Positions 1 to 13,491 of a stretch of DNA of 64,000 nucleotides are shown here, in pieces. Numbering within the stretch: position 1 is the first letter of the stretch; each line of letters starts with the position of its first letter. The stretch lies in assembly GCA_016748015.1 (NCBI GenBank), contig JAAOMT010000697.1, positions 566,868 through 630,867 on the forward strand, in the 5' to 3' direction. Under the pieces are notes generated by a model that was not told where the DNA came from, did not search any database, and saw nothing but the letters and a program-made list of their open reading frames with translations. Both the position numbers and the translations under genes were made by a program. The stretch is from Geosiphon pyriformis uo1 (taxonomy: Eukaryota; Fungi; Glomeromycota).

Positions 1-3000
1 CAAAAGCGGAGCGAGTTAAGGAATCTCAAATCAAGTTGACAATAGATAAGAGGATAGAAAGTTTCGAATTGGACAAAGGTCATACTATTAAGAGTGTATT
101 GGAACATCCTTTTCGCAAAGTAACTTTGGATCATCTGGTTGTTGATGATGAGTTGGTTTTGAAGCCTGCTCTGGTTAAGGCCAAAGTAAATGCAGTCATG
201 GAGGGATGGACTAGGAAGTGCAATGTAGTTTCTGATGTTACTGGTGTCTGGGATCGCCAATATCAGCCTTTAGAGTATGTTTTTGATGACACTTTTTCTG
301 GTGTAATAAGCCTAATTGATTTCGATGAGATGTCTAGTGTCGTTTTGAACCTGCCTGATGGGAAGGCAGCTGGTCTCTTTGGTATCTCGAATGAGTTGTG
401 GAAACATTGCGACAAATCAGTTTTGGATATGCTTTTAGTGCTTTTGAATGTTTGCTTGAAGCGTGAATCTGTTTCTGGGCCTTGGAAGGAGGCTTGGGTG
501 TCGATGATCCCCAAACCATATGAGTGGGAGGGTGTTCTCACGAATACCTGTCCTATTGCTTTGATTGAAACGGCTCGCAAAATCCTTTCTAAAGTGCTTT
601 CGGACAGAATTTCTTCGGCTTGTAGTGTTTTCAACGTTCTGAGGGGGGATAATTTTTCTGTTTTAAAAGGCACAACCACACAGTCTCCTATTTTCGCTAT
701 TGGATCGGTCATTGAGGATGCTTTGAAGAAGAACCAAGAGCTGTGGCTGGTCTTGCAAGACATGCGAAAGGCTTATGATTCTGTTGGCTGGAAGCATCTG
801 AGGAAGAGCTTGGTCAGAATAAAAATGTATAACAAATTTATTCGGTTTTTTGGTAGCATACACAATGATCGGGTCAACAGAATTATGACGGATTTTGGGT
901 TGATTGATGGATATTGGGTACATGATGGTTTGGATCAAGGGAAGGTGTTTTCTCCTCTTCTCTGGTGCATATTTTATGATCCCCTTTTGTGTAAAGTCAA
1001 GAGACAAGAAAGTGTATGTGGATACAGGTTAGACTCTCGTTTTGTTGCTAACACTGGTCATGCTGAATCTCGGGCTGGTTTGACTTCTTTCCTTGCTGCT
1101 GGTGTTTTCTTCGACGATACAATTTGGATTGGTAGCAGCCAGGCTGCCACCCAACATATTCTCAATGTTGCTAGTAAGTTTTTTAGAGTCAATGACATTT
1201 CGATCAATAATGACAAGACGGTGGCCATTCCTATTAATTGCAGAGTTTCCAGTCCTTATTTGTTGATCAGTGGTTTGCCTATTTTGATAGCCAAAAGAGA
1301 AGAGCCTCATCGGTACCTGGGTATCTTTCTGTTTACTGAAGGTTTGTTGATGCCTAGCTTGGCTAAGGCATGTTTGGATGTCTGGTTTTTCACCAACCTT
1401 GTTCTGAGAAAGGCTATCTCTGATAAACAGTTCTCATATTTGGTGTCAGCGGTTTTTCACTCCATAATTGCCTACAGGACTCAGTTTAGTTTTGTTCCTA
1501 TTAGTGTGTGTGCGAAATAGGATGCTATGATTCGTAAAGGTTTGAAGTCCAAATCTGGCCTGCCGCTCGACTTTCCCAATAATGCTATTCATCATTCTTC
1601 TCTGTACAGGTTGAAATCTTTTGAACAGGTCCAGACTGAGAGCAAGTCAGCTGCTGTTGTTTGTTTTGCCAATTCAGTGAGTATTTTGGGCCGCCTGTTC
1701 GTGCACAAGTCTCATGATTTACAGGTTCTCAGCTGGCGCTCTCGTCACCCCCTGCTTTTCCCTTTTCGTATTAATATCAGTCCTTTGAATAATTTTTTGG
1801 CTGGTGTCATCCGGATTTTTTTGGGTTGTGACCTTTCTCTAGATGGTCTTGTGACCAATGCTTTTTGTTTTCAAAAGGGGACCCCAATGTCTATTGTTCT
1901 TGGCGAGTTAGCTTTTTATAAATGTGTCTCTTCATTTCAGCAATATGGAATTGCCTTTGTTGAGCAGCTTCGCGATCGAACTGGTTTTGTTTTCAAATGT
2001 AGGACTTTCAAGCGGTGGAAGAGACTGGATTCTCGGGGCCCGATTCCTGATTGGTTCAATGCTGCTGTTTGCTTTTTGTCTGGTTCTGAGTTATCTCTCG
2101 TTTGTTCTCTTTTGCCACTGAATGTTGACTTGTCTGACATACTTGAGTCTTGTGAGTTTGATGTTGTTTACAATCGCTTGTTGGAGATTGATTCCGATCG
2201 CCTTTTTCTGTTTATGGATGGTTCTTTGTGTGGGCTGAGTACTCTTGGTATAAAGGCTGGCACCACTGTTTTTTTTGAGGACATTGATTTGGATTTGGGT
2301 GTGGAAGTTTCTGGTTTGGTTTTTTCTACCATGATGGAGCTGCAGGCCATTGCTTTGGCTCTCGAGTGTGTCCCTCCTTCTCGTTTGGTTAATCTGTTTT
2401 TGGACAGCCAGGCTGCTTTGGATGCATACAAATCAGAGTTAATGTTGGAGTGTTCAGATTTTAGGAATCGGTGTTGGGTCAAATGCTGCCATATTTCTAA
2501 TGTCATTCATCGCAAAAATTTGAATGTTAATTGGATTAAAGTTAGAGGTCACTCTGGAGTCTTGGGCAATAAGCGTGCTGACACTTTGGCTAGGACTGCT
2601 GTGTCTTCTGGTGTGCATCTTCCTCACAGGATTGATGAACATTTTCTCAAGGCTGGCAGTACTGTGGTTTCTGATAATTCTAGGCATTTTGTTTGTGGTG
2701 TTTTCCACTCTATTTACCGTGCACATTGGGAGGTTGGTTTTGGTTCTTGAGTATTGGTGAACAGCCTACGTGCTGATGTTGATTGGTTCAGATCATGTTT
2801 GGTGTGGCATCCAGACTCTCATTTGGCCGCTGGTTTCACTAATGCTTATACTGCTGGATTTCGGACATATTTTATAAAGGCATTGCATCATTGTCTTCCT
2901 GTTGCTGTGCGAAAGCGACTTTATGATAAGGAGTACTCCAGTGTGATGTGTTTGTTCTGTGGCGATGTTGAAATTTCAGATCATGTGTTTTTGTGCCCAT

Positions 3001-3624
3001 TCGATGCTGGTGATCATGCTTGGTTAATGAACACTCATGCATCTGTTTGGGAAATGTGTTCAGGTTTATCTTACTCGACTTCATGTGTTTCACAGTTGCT
3101 TTCTGCTTGTGCTTCCGATGCTGTTGTTAGTATGGCTATATGTAAGGGCTTTGTTTTCAATGAATGGTATTGTGAATCTCTTTCTGTTTTCAAGGACTTT
3201 AAAATGGCAGCACGGAATATCGTGGCATTTGTGTGCAAATTCTGTCTTGCATTCCATGATGATATTTGGCTGGTATGTGCAAAGCACAGAGCTGTTATAG
3301 AAAAGGATGGCCTGATCGCATGTGATGGTTCTGTTCCTATCTCAATTTCTGGTCTTCCTTCAGTGCTCTCGTCCAGTGTGGTTAGATTGTTGGGTATGGC
3401 TGATGCATTTGGTAGTAGTTTTGGGTTTCGTGAATCTAGTTTATTCTTTTCTGGTGTAGGTAAAATTGTTTTGGTGCATATAGGTGTCTAGTGTTGTCCT
3501 AACTAGCCTGAGTGGCTGGTCACATGTAGAAAGAGCATGATTCATGCCTAGTTTAGATCACTTATATGATGTATTGTATTAGGTTGTGTTTGGACCTCAC
3601 TTGTTAAATGTTAATAAAAAAAAA
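1..3624 (+). mobile_element. Young non-LTR retrotransposon (LINE), 3' part: RT, RNase H, CCHC zinc finger, 3' UTR and poly(A). The 5' part lies outside the window.
   Basis: One reading frame is open from position 3 to 3491, and track ORFs 36, 1527 and 2754 share it. RT motifs: PIALIETARK, QDMRKAYDSV, GLDQGKVFSPLLW, FFDDTIW, YLGIFL. RNase H motifs: FMDGS, ELQAI, LDSQAA, WIKVRGHSGVLGNKRAD. Zinc finger: CLFCGDVEISDHVFLC. AATAAA plus A9 at 3613-3624, abutting Gypsy gag sequence. Confidence 0.95.
3..3491 (+). pseudogene. LINE ORF2 with two in-frame nonsense codons (TAG 1518-1520, TGA 2748-2750)
   Basis: The frame continues past both stops. They are best explained as TGG->TAG and CGA->TGA transitions. 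Confidence 0.9.
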
Positions 3625-5165
3625 TACCAGAAAGTACTATTTACATACTATTTGGATCCATATTACCATCAATTATGAAGACATTATTATTCAGAGTTTT
3701 ATTTTAAAATAATCAAAAAAAAACCAAATTATTAAGAATTTACAGTGATTTTTTTAAAGGATTTAAATTGTGACTAACAATATCATCAAGATTTTAATTA
3801 CCACTACTTTATCTAAATTTCGAATTTATCAGTAATTGAACAAACACTAATTCAGAAAAAAAAAAATTTAACAATCAGAAAAATAATAATCAAAATCCAA
3901 TTCCAAAAAACTTGGACATCCAGACTCTAATTGTTTAAACTTAGCAAGACTTAAACAATTTAAATCCCATTTCTATTATTTTATTAAACTTATCTTCAGT
4001 AATCTTAATTAATCAACTATTAGTAATATTAATTGCTGTTTAATTATAATTACAAATATTTACACCAATAGTTTACATACCAATTGCCAAATTAAAAAAA
4101 TTTACTGGTAAAAAAGACAATGTCCAAGCATAATTAAACAATATAGCAAAAGCCATTATAGCCAATAAATAAGATAATACCAAAACATTTTAAGCCATTC
4201 CATATTTTTTTCAAAATACTACTGACTTGTAATATTAAAACTTAGTCAACAAACCACAAACTTTTAACATATTTAAAACTGAGTTTTTATAATATTTCAG
4301 TAATTACAACAGTATTAATCAGTTATTAACTAGCTTTACTATCATTAAACAAAATAATACTAAAACAGTTACCACATATTTAGAATGTTTCTATCAAAAT
4401 CTGCACCAAATTCAGACAATTAAAGCTAATTACTTTATAGTACTACAAATTTTGAATCAATTTATTTATGGATTATATAACAGTCTGTTATAATAAATAT
4501 GTTCAATGCACTCAAATACTCTCTAAAACACAGTTACTTATGCCAGAAATTTTGAATTAGCCAAACTTAAAGCCAACTACATACAAGCCATAAATTCAAT
4601 TATAAACAGATTATTTAAATTGGATTCTAAGCTAAAGCAATTTAATAACTCTATTAACCAAAAATTAAAGAGATACTTAATTAACAATTAAGCAATTTAT
4701 TAATCTTCTCAATATTATAACAACCAAAAAAATTTTAATTGCTTTTAACAATAATCATATCTATTATTATCAGCCAATTTATTATAACAACAAAAAACAT
4801 GTAATTGCTATTACTGTAATAAATAAGACTATCTAAAAACATTTTGCTGCTTTAAATCTAACAATTCATGATTAAGAAACCAATATAAAAACTTTGATTA
4901 CAGATTTCAAACCCAAAACTATGCCAATTATTTATTATTAGAACAATATCAACCATATTACATTCTAATAACACAATAATTAATATACTCACTTTTTATT
5001 TATCAAACTTTAATATTAGTAATCTATTAACTGCAATCACAAGTAATCTATTAATTCCAACCAATTTAAACATCACTCCAAAATACTGTGCTCATATTAA
5101 CTGAAAACCAAAAACTGAAAATTATGTATACTTAACAAAACTGAAAATCAATAATAGTAATATAC

Positions 5166-5978
5166 TGTTACAGATGATTATTTGAGGTCTCAAATCAAAT
5201 AACAAATTCGTAACTTGGTGCTCAGTTGATATATGTTGCTATTAGTAATTTTTGAAGGTGTAGTTTCTGAAAGTTTTGGTTGAATCCTTTGTATAATAAA
5301 CAGAGATTCAATTGATAGTTTTATTCATAGTTTTTTGAAACTGCAGTTTTATTAATTTCTTTCTCAATGTGATGGCTGGTAATCCTTTTAGTAAGATATC
5401 CTCAATTCTGAGTGTATACTCTTATTTCTAAGTTTTTTACCAGTGCTATATTCTGACATTAGTACCTTTATGTATAATTCTTTTAATCAAGTTAACAAAC
5501 AACAAAGAAAATAAAATAAAAAAAATAAAATAAAAAAAAATAAAAAAAATAAGAAAAATAAGCCAAGACAATTTGCATGTTAGTATCCTGTTAATAGCTG
5601 TGATCAAGAGCTATTGTTTCAGTGTAGTTAAGTATCAATTATTATCAACATAAAGTGTATGAAGTGGATTTGAGATATTAAATAATTATTTATTAATATT
5701 TGTGATGTGGAAAGTTGCTTAGATCAAATCTAAACTGGGATGTTTGTCTTTTTTTTTTCTACTGTTATTACTATATATACATAATTGATGTTTTATGAGA
5801 TTACTCACATTCTTGAGCAATGTGCTATGATTTCTTGAGCAATACTTACATTGCTGAGCAATATGTCTTAATTTTCTAACATCGCTCTATATTGCTGAGC
5901 AATGTGCTTATGTGTTAACTACTACTTCTTTATTGGTCTACTATTTTCTATATCTGTTTTTCTTTTTTTCGAATAACA
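5166..5978 (-). mobile_element. Solo LTR (family B variant) inserted in Gypsy gag
   Basis: Termini tgtta...taaca. Perfect 4-bp TSD ATAC (5162-5165 and 5979-5982). The 3' half is homologous to family A LTRs. Confidence 0.9.
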
Positions 5979-6194
5979 ATACCAACTAATCTTCAGTTTA
6001 TTAAACTAGTTATCAGAATTACATCCAAGAAATTCAGAAAATAGGTACACCCAAAACCCAAATTCTTAAAACTATTTAAGTCTGTTAATTATTTCAGAAA
6101 ACAACCTATCTAACAACTTGGAAAACCCAAAAACACTATTTACCAACAACATTTCATCAACAATTATTATTAAAAATTAGTCATTTATTACTAT

Positions 6195-7601
6195 TATTAC
6201 CAGAAAATTTTCACATTTTTCAATGCAAAAATTACAACACATACAATAGAAATTAACATTAAAATCATGTAAAAAAAAGCCTATATTATTGCACTTAATT
6301 AACAAAATCAGCTGGCAATTTGAAAATAAATAATCAGCAATTAGTTCAATTACAACAAAAAAATATAACACAATCCAACAGTTTAACTAAGCTGAATACA
6401 AAAAATTTTTGGCAAACTAAGAAACACCAATGGAAATGAATAATTAACATATGTAATCTAATAACAACAGGTTTTGTTATGCTCCAAGATTCTTATACAC
6501 CCTTATTAGAACAATTTAATATTCCAGATTTGCAATTAATAATTAAAAGTAGTCACCAAGAAATGTAATCAATTGATCTACTTCTGATTATGTTAATTAT
6601 AATCACAATTGGTATTATTAATTTACAATTAATGTTCTAGATTTAGTCATCTAATCTGATCATCTAAATTACTAGCTTTTGGATAAATAACAGGCTAAGT
6701 AAGCTTATCATGAATTGATTAATTCAATATATATAAATAATTGATATATTTTAAATAGTTCTAATATAATATGTAAATCTAATGTAATTTAGCTATATAT
6801 ACAGCCTTTTTGTTAGCTCAAAAAAGTATCAGTTCAATACTGAACCAACTCTTTACTATAGTTTTATAATAAGCAGTTAGTCTTTTCTTCTATTTTTTAC
6901 TCTTTTTTTCCTTTTTTCTATGTTTTAAATACTTGTTATTACAATCTCAAATATGTTTTTTCATATTCTTTATTATTATTTGAAATCATGTTGTTTATAA
7001 TCTTTTACCTACTTATTATCACCATTTTAAGTTGTTCTATTACTTTCGATCTTTCAAAATCATGTATTATTACTATTTTACATTAAGTTTTGTTTCACTG
7101 AACAAATTGCTAAATATAAAAATAAGTAATAAAATATTATATTGTTAAAAAGTGGTTTTAACAATAAAAGGTTTAATCAAAATCTATTTCAGTTATGTTT
7201 ACTTTCACAATTTCTTTATAACTTCTATAACTTCATTTTCAAAATAGGCATTTGAACACCACATCTTTTTGATGACTAATTAAAAGAATTTTGATTACAT
7301 ACTTCTTAAAGTAATTGGTTTTACTTCTGTTGTTGATTGTATTTTTAATACATATAAAGAGATATAGCTTTTTTTTTTTTTTTAAATACTTAAGACTAGT
7401 TTTTGCTCAAAAACAAATAATAATGACAATACTTTCTTTTACTTTTAATGACTTTATTATGTACTTTCTTTTTGCTTTCCTCTTCACTAAAATAGTTCAT
7501 ACATTCATAATATGCTATAGTCAGTAACATAATTATAATAATGTGTATTACCAGTTAAGCTAAGAAATGTTTCCAAATATTGACAAAAACTACTGGTAAT
7601 A
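6195..7601 (+). mobile_element. 1.4-kb solo LTR (family C) inserted in the Gypsy gag-pol region
   Basis: Termini tattac...gtaata (decayed TG..CA). TSD CTAT at 6191-6194 and 7602-7605. Reverse-complement homolog at 38965-40384. The host frame rejoins across it. Orientation inferred from a TATA box at ~6794. Confidence 0.88.
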
Positions 7602-9154
7602 CTATATTCTTTTTTGAGCTAAAAAACCAATTTAAAACTTTGTTATTTAGTAAAGTTATTCTTAATACCAAACCAATTACTGCCATATATAAATGTTAAA
7701 GTCAATGGTTAATTTATCAAGTTAATCTTTGATAATAGATTAACAGACAATATTATTACATAATAATTTATAGACTAATTAAATTACTGAGTTAATTGTG
7801 TTGTCAATGCCAAAATTATTATAGCTAATAGAACAACTAAGACTTCTATTGATGAAATTAATTTTTTTTTTTGAAGTCAATAATATTATCACATCTATTA
7901 AGGTTTTTATTATAAAAACTATATAATACTATGCTTTCATTAATAATAACTGACTATTTAAAACCAATGCTGTGTTCAACTGAAATATTTAAAAGCTATA
8001 ACTCAGTCAAAATAGTCAGCATAATTAGGTACCAGTTATCTGTAGTTACTTCAAAACAATTCAATTATAACCACTAATAAAATTTAAAAAAAAAGAAAAA
8101 ATATACCTAAAAAACCTATTAAGTCTTATGAATTGAAGATAAGTACAACAAATTACTACCAATACTCTCTTGGAACAACAAAAAAAAAAAAAAAAGGAAG
8201 ACAAATCTTAAAATACTATTGCCATTAAAAACACAGCCAACAGTTGACATAGATTATACTTGACACCAAAACCAAAAAAACAACTTCTTTATATTTTTTT
8301 AGGTATATTAATTATAAAAAAAAGCTTTTTTTTATGAAAGCTTAGATCTTATCTAAAAAAAACTACAAAACACATATCTGTTATTATTGTAAAGTATATT
8401 ACCAAAAACACTTTGGCTATCCAAAATAACAAGAAAAGTAAAACAATAAATTATATCTTATTTGTAGAGAAATACTATTCAATAAAGGAATATAAAATGA
8501 CATTCTTGGTTATAGAAAAATGTGCAACATATTATGTCAATACACAATCTTTATTAATAACTAAATAAACAGAAAAATGTCTTTTAATACTATATGGAAT
8601 TAAGTATTCTTATACTTAAACAGTTATCTACACAATAAAAATGTCAAAAATGTTTCATTTAATAAAATACTTGCCATTAAAAATAATTTGTCAGAACTTG
8701 TTGAAACTATTCTTATATCAAACCCAGATATTTTTGTTGACATCTTAAACAATTTAAAGCAATTTTATAAATACTACCAAGACTTAACATCTATTTAAGA
8801 AGAACAAAAGCAGCATTTAGAACAATTAAATACTAAATTTTATAAACATTGCCTAATTTTTAGTAACTTTAAATATTGTGATAATTGTAATCTTATTTAC
8901 AATTTATCATTATGTATAATCTATTCAATCTTCAAAAAGAAAAAACCAATTAACAACTGCACTTTGAAATTGGAATCAAAATTCAATCACAATTCAGATT
9001 CTAACAATAATGACAACAATAGTTTTAATACTGTTCACAATAGCAACAACAATAATAATAATTTAAACTCTAATTACAATTCTAAACAATATATTGTGCT
9101 TCCAAATCTTTTAAAGAAGCAAAAACTTAAATAATTTAGTAATAATAATAAAAA

Positions 9155-9550
9155 TATTATGCCAAAATATATGCATAATACTAATACAAAATTTAATCTC
9201 AGATATTCAAGAAAAACTGTTATTAGATTGGAATCTTATTTGCATACCAGTATAAATTTAAAAATAATACTGGAAATTCTAGTAACAATAATGGTCTAAT
9301 TAGTATCTAGATCTAATTTAGCAAAAAAAAAGATTAATATTAAAGAAAAAATAATTGATGCAGAATATGTGGAAAATATTATTGTAATACTACAAAACAA
9401 ATCAAAAAAGACATATACTATTAAATCAAATAAAAAAATAGCACAAACAATATTCTTATTTTTGGTAAAAATATTTCAATTAATGTTAATAAAAACGAAA
9501 AAAAAGTTAGAAATTACAGCCAAAAAAATAAATAAATTTAGATTTATAGA
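9155..9550 (+). pseudogene. Decayed trimeric dUTPase domain in the Gypsy pol region, between protease and RT
   Basis: The translation NTNTKFNLRY..SRSNLAKK..EKIIDAEYVENI..KKIAQTIF..AKKINKFRFI restores by A->G/T->C changes to dUTPase motifs 1-5 (DAGFDL, RSSLA, GIIDAGY.G, KIAQ, RG..GFGS). Confidence 0.85.
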
Positions 9551-12500
9551 TAAAATAAAGATTTTAGTCAATATAATAAAGAAAAAAACAATTAATCAAA
9601 GAAAAACTATTTTTACTAATTAATCAATTTCTATTCTATTATATGACTAGTATATATTAATCATAAAAAGAAAAGTAAGAAATCAACTCCAAATCTTTAA
9701 AGTAGAACTTACTATTTGTGAATTAGGAGAAATTGTTATTATCAATCTTTATATACCAGCCAAGAACTATAAATACATCAAAATCTCAATACACAATATA
9801 ATTAGAGATCTAATAGAAATATCAAGTGAAATTACTATTAGATACTTAAACAATGAAGTTAGCAATCAAGTACCAATTACTATTCTAGATTTTTCACAAC
9901 TTTGTAAATATGTAAACATTACATCACAAACAATTTACAAACAAAAAAAATGTTATTTGCTATAATCAGAACAGTTAAAACAAATAAACTTAAAAAACTT
10001 AGATCGATTTTAACATATACAACTCAAGCTACAATTAACAATTTCACTAATATTTTTGTAAATGAAAATAAATTTGGCAGAATTAATATCATCTAGCATC
10101 AGATCAAAACTGGAAATACAATATTAATAAAACAAAAAATATACCAAATACCACTTATCAGCCATGAGATTATTTATCAAAAAATTAACTATATGTTAAA
10201 CAATGAGTTAATTTAATCATTAATGAGTCAATAGTTATTACCAATAATTCTTATTTGAAAAAAAAATAGAAAGATCTATTTTTGCATAAATTACAGAAAA
10301 TTCAACAATATTATTCATGAAAAAAGCTATTCAACTTCATGAATTTAAAAATTATTCAATGTTTTTAGAAGAAAGAAATAGTTTTTTACATTAGATTTAA
10401 ATAGTAATTATTAACAAGTAGTCATGAATTTGGCTGATAAAAAAAAGACAGCATTTACTACTAGAAAAAAGAACTTTGAATTTGATATTATGTCATTTGG
10501 CTTAACTAATACTCCAGCCATTTTTCAATGGCTAATAGAAATTGTGTATATAAAACTATTATGAAAATTATTAATAGTTTATTTAGATAATATTAATATG
10601 TTCTTTAAAACATTTGATAATTATTTTTACTATCTCTAACAAGTGTTTGAAAGATTAAGAAGAGCTGAATTAAAGCTAAACACAATCAAATACTTCTTTA
10701 AAAAAACTGAACTCAAGTTTTTGAAACATGTTGTAAGCAAAGACAGCATAAAAACAAATCCAAACAAGATTGAGATAGTTAAAAACTTTTTAGTTCTTAC
10801 TAATTTAACTAAACTATAAGCATTCTTGGAATTTGCTAAATATTATTACCACTTTATTCAGAATTTTTTCAAACTGTCTTAACCACTGTATTAGCTTTAA
10901 ACCAAAAACACCAAGTATAAATAGACTACAACACAACAAAAAGCCTTTGATATTTTAAGACAAAAGCTTATTCAAGTTTTAGTTTTGATCTATTCAAATT
11001 ACAGCAAGCTATTTATTATTACAACAGATGTATTAAGCCAAGTATTAAGAGCTGTACTATTATAAAGAGAATCAGATAGACAAAAATATTCAATAATATA
11101 TGTTAGCCAAAGTTTGAGTTTAGCTAAAAAAAACTATGAAACTTTAGCACTAAAACATTTAACTATTTATTGGGCTGTTATAAAATAGAAAAAATACTTG
11201 AGTTAAAAGTTTAATATATATACTAATTACAAAGAATTAACATTAATTCAGAAGCAAAAATTTGGAAACAATTATCATGTCAAATAGAAAATAAAATTCT
11301 TATTATTTAATTATATAGTACATTATAAAAAGAGAAAAAAAATGAAAATACTAATAAATTGTTACAAATAAAACAAATCTAAAAACATTTCAATCCAAAA
11401 ATATAACAAAAGATAATATATACAAAAATACTAACAATTTTAATATTATATTAATATTCAATAGTTTAAGAAAAAATTATTTTAAAAAGAACAAAATTAC
11501 ATAAAACAACAATTAAAATATTTTATCATTTACCAAAATATATTATATTGGAAGAACAGAAAATATTCAGATCAGTCACTCAGAGTAATCACAGAACCAA
11601 AGAAAGAAACAATATTATTTAATATGCACTCAGATCTAACAGCAGAACATTTTTATAAAGAAGCAACTATAAAAAAAACCAAAAAAAAATACTATTGGCC
11701 ATCTATGCATCCAGACATCATTTAATATGTTCAAAGTTGTAATAATTGTTAGAAAAAAGAAAAAACAAGACCTAGTAAACCACTAAAACCAATTAAAGTG
11801 AGACAACTATTTGATCAAATTAGAATTAACATAGTTAGATCATTAACAATAACTAGTAAAAGCAATTATTATATAGCAGTAGCTATAGACTATCTCACAA
11901 AATAACCAGAAGCAAAAGCAATTCAAAGAGCAGATACAGAATTTATAACTGAATTTGTTTACCAAGATTTGATTTGTTGATATGAATATCCAAAAAAATT
12001 GTTATTAAATCAAGAAACTTACTTTGTAAACAGAACATTAACAGAATTAAGTCAAAAATTTGGAATTAAGAGACTATTATTATTTCTATATCATTTTCAA
12101 ACTAATGGCTTAATTGAAAAATTTAACAAAATATTATGTAAAACAATAGCTAAGATTAGCCAAAAAAACCAGGACAAATAAAATTTGTTTATATCATTAA
12201 TATTATTTGTTTATTACAATAAAACAAAATATTACACAAATAACACTATTTATAGTAAAACAACAATATTATTAGTAAAGATAAAAATCAATACTTATTT
12301 AATTGAACCAATAACAAAAGTTAACTTTTAAGAAACATTGCTAAGAAAAACATATGATTTAATAGAAACTTTAAAAAACAAAAAGTGAAAAGCAATTGAT
12401 AATATACAAAAGTCACAAAATAAACAAAAAAATAACATAATAATCAGTTATTAGATAAACCAGCTGAATTCAGAATTGGAAACAAAGTACTTTTATATTA

Positions 12501-13491
12501 TATTAAAACAGAAAAACAATGAAGTGAAAAATTTAATTCCAAATAAGATGATCCATTTTACATTAAAAAAATTCTGAAAAATAGAACATATAAATTAAGA
12601 TAAAACAACAAAATCTTAACTAAAACAGCACATAATAATTGACTGAAATTATATCACAATATATTATTATTATTAATCAGTAATATTTTACAACTGAAAT
12701 TACAATAAATATTAATTTAACCAGATAAAATTCCATAAAATCTAAAACCAATCATAATTATTGACACAAATATGTTAAATTAATCTATTAGAACAGTATA
12801 TAAAGACACAATATATGTAACAAAGGCAACAATAAAAAATAGAAATCTCAGATCATATCTATACAATAGTACAACAATTGTTTTAAGCCATAAATTAACA
12901 ATAATTAGACATAAAAATTATTATCAATTACCAAACAATTTGTTATCAAAACACAAAATAAAAAAGAAAAACAAAAATCACTTTATATTAGTAACCACAA
13001 AATCAAACAAAGCACTGGTTAAATAAGATAATAGAAAAAGTAAAAAACATTTTTGGAAAAATACTAAGAATTATTCCAACAGAAAAACTAACTAAAAAGA
13101 ACTGAAAGCTATAAATAAAACAATTTCCAATATCATACTGTTATTATTAGTTAAGACAAAAGCTGAATATCTAAAAATTGTATATCAATAAATTCAAAAG
13201 AATATTTAATTAAAAAATAATACAACAGGCTGAAAACTTTATTAGAAAGAAGACAAATTCTATATTATACATTAAAAAAATTTATTACTACACACTATAT
13301 TTCAAGATTATTCAAAAATACTACTATATACAAAAATAGAAACAATAACTATTAACCAGTAGAAAAAAATAAACAATTCCTAATTTAAAGATATAAGAAC
13401 CAGAATCAAACAAACAGTATTGAAAAAAAAAGTAATGGACTTAATTCAAAATGAAAATTTTGATAGAGCTTAATATTAAAAGAGAAAATAA

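Noticed and set aside
1518-2750. The two in-frame stops in LINE ORF2 as programmed readthrough, selenocysteine or an alternative genetic code
   Set aside because: Both are single transitions typical of the local mutation spectrum. The copy at ~59170 has a sense codon at the second site. Host genes end at TAA, TAG and TGA normally. No SECIS is seen. Sister copies have TAA at the first site, as expected from TGG decay.
263-3300. Overlapping alternative-frame and antisense ORFs within the young LINE, HSF, QNG1 and SPT5
   Set aside because: Shadow ORFs of real coding sequence, with no independent motifs.
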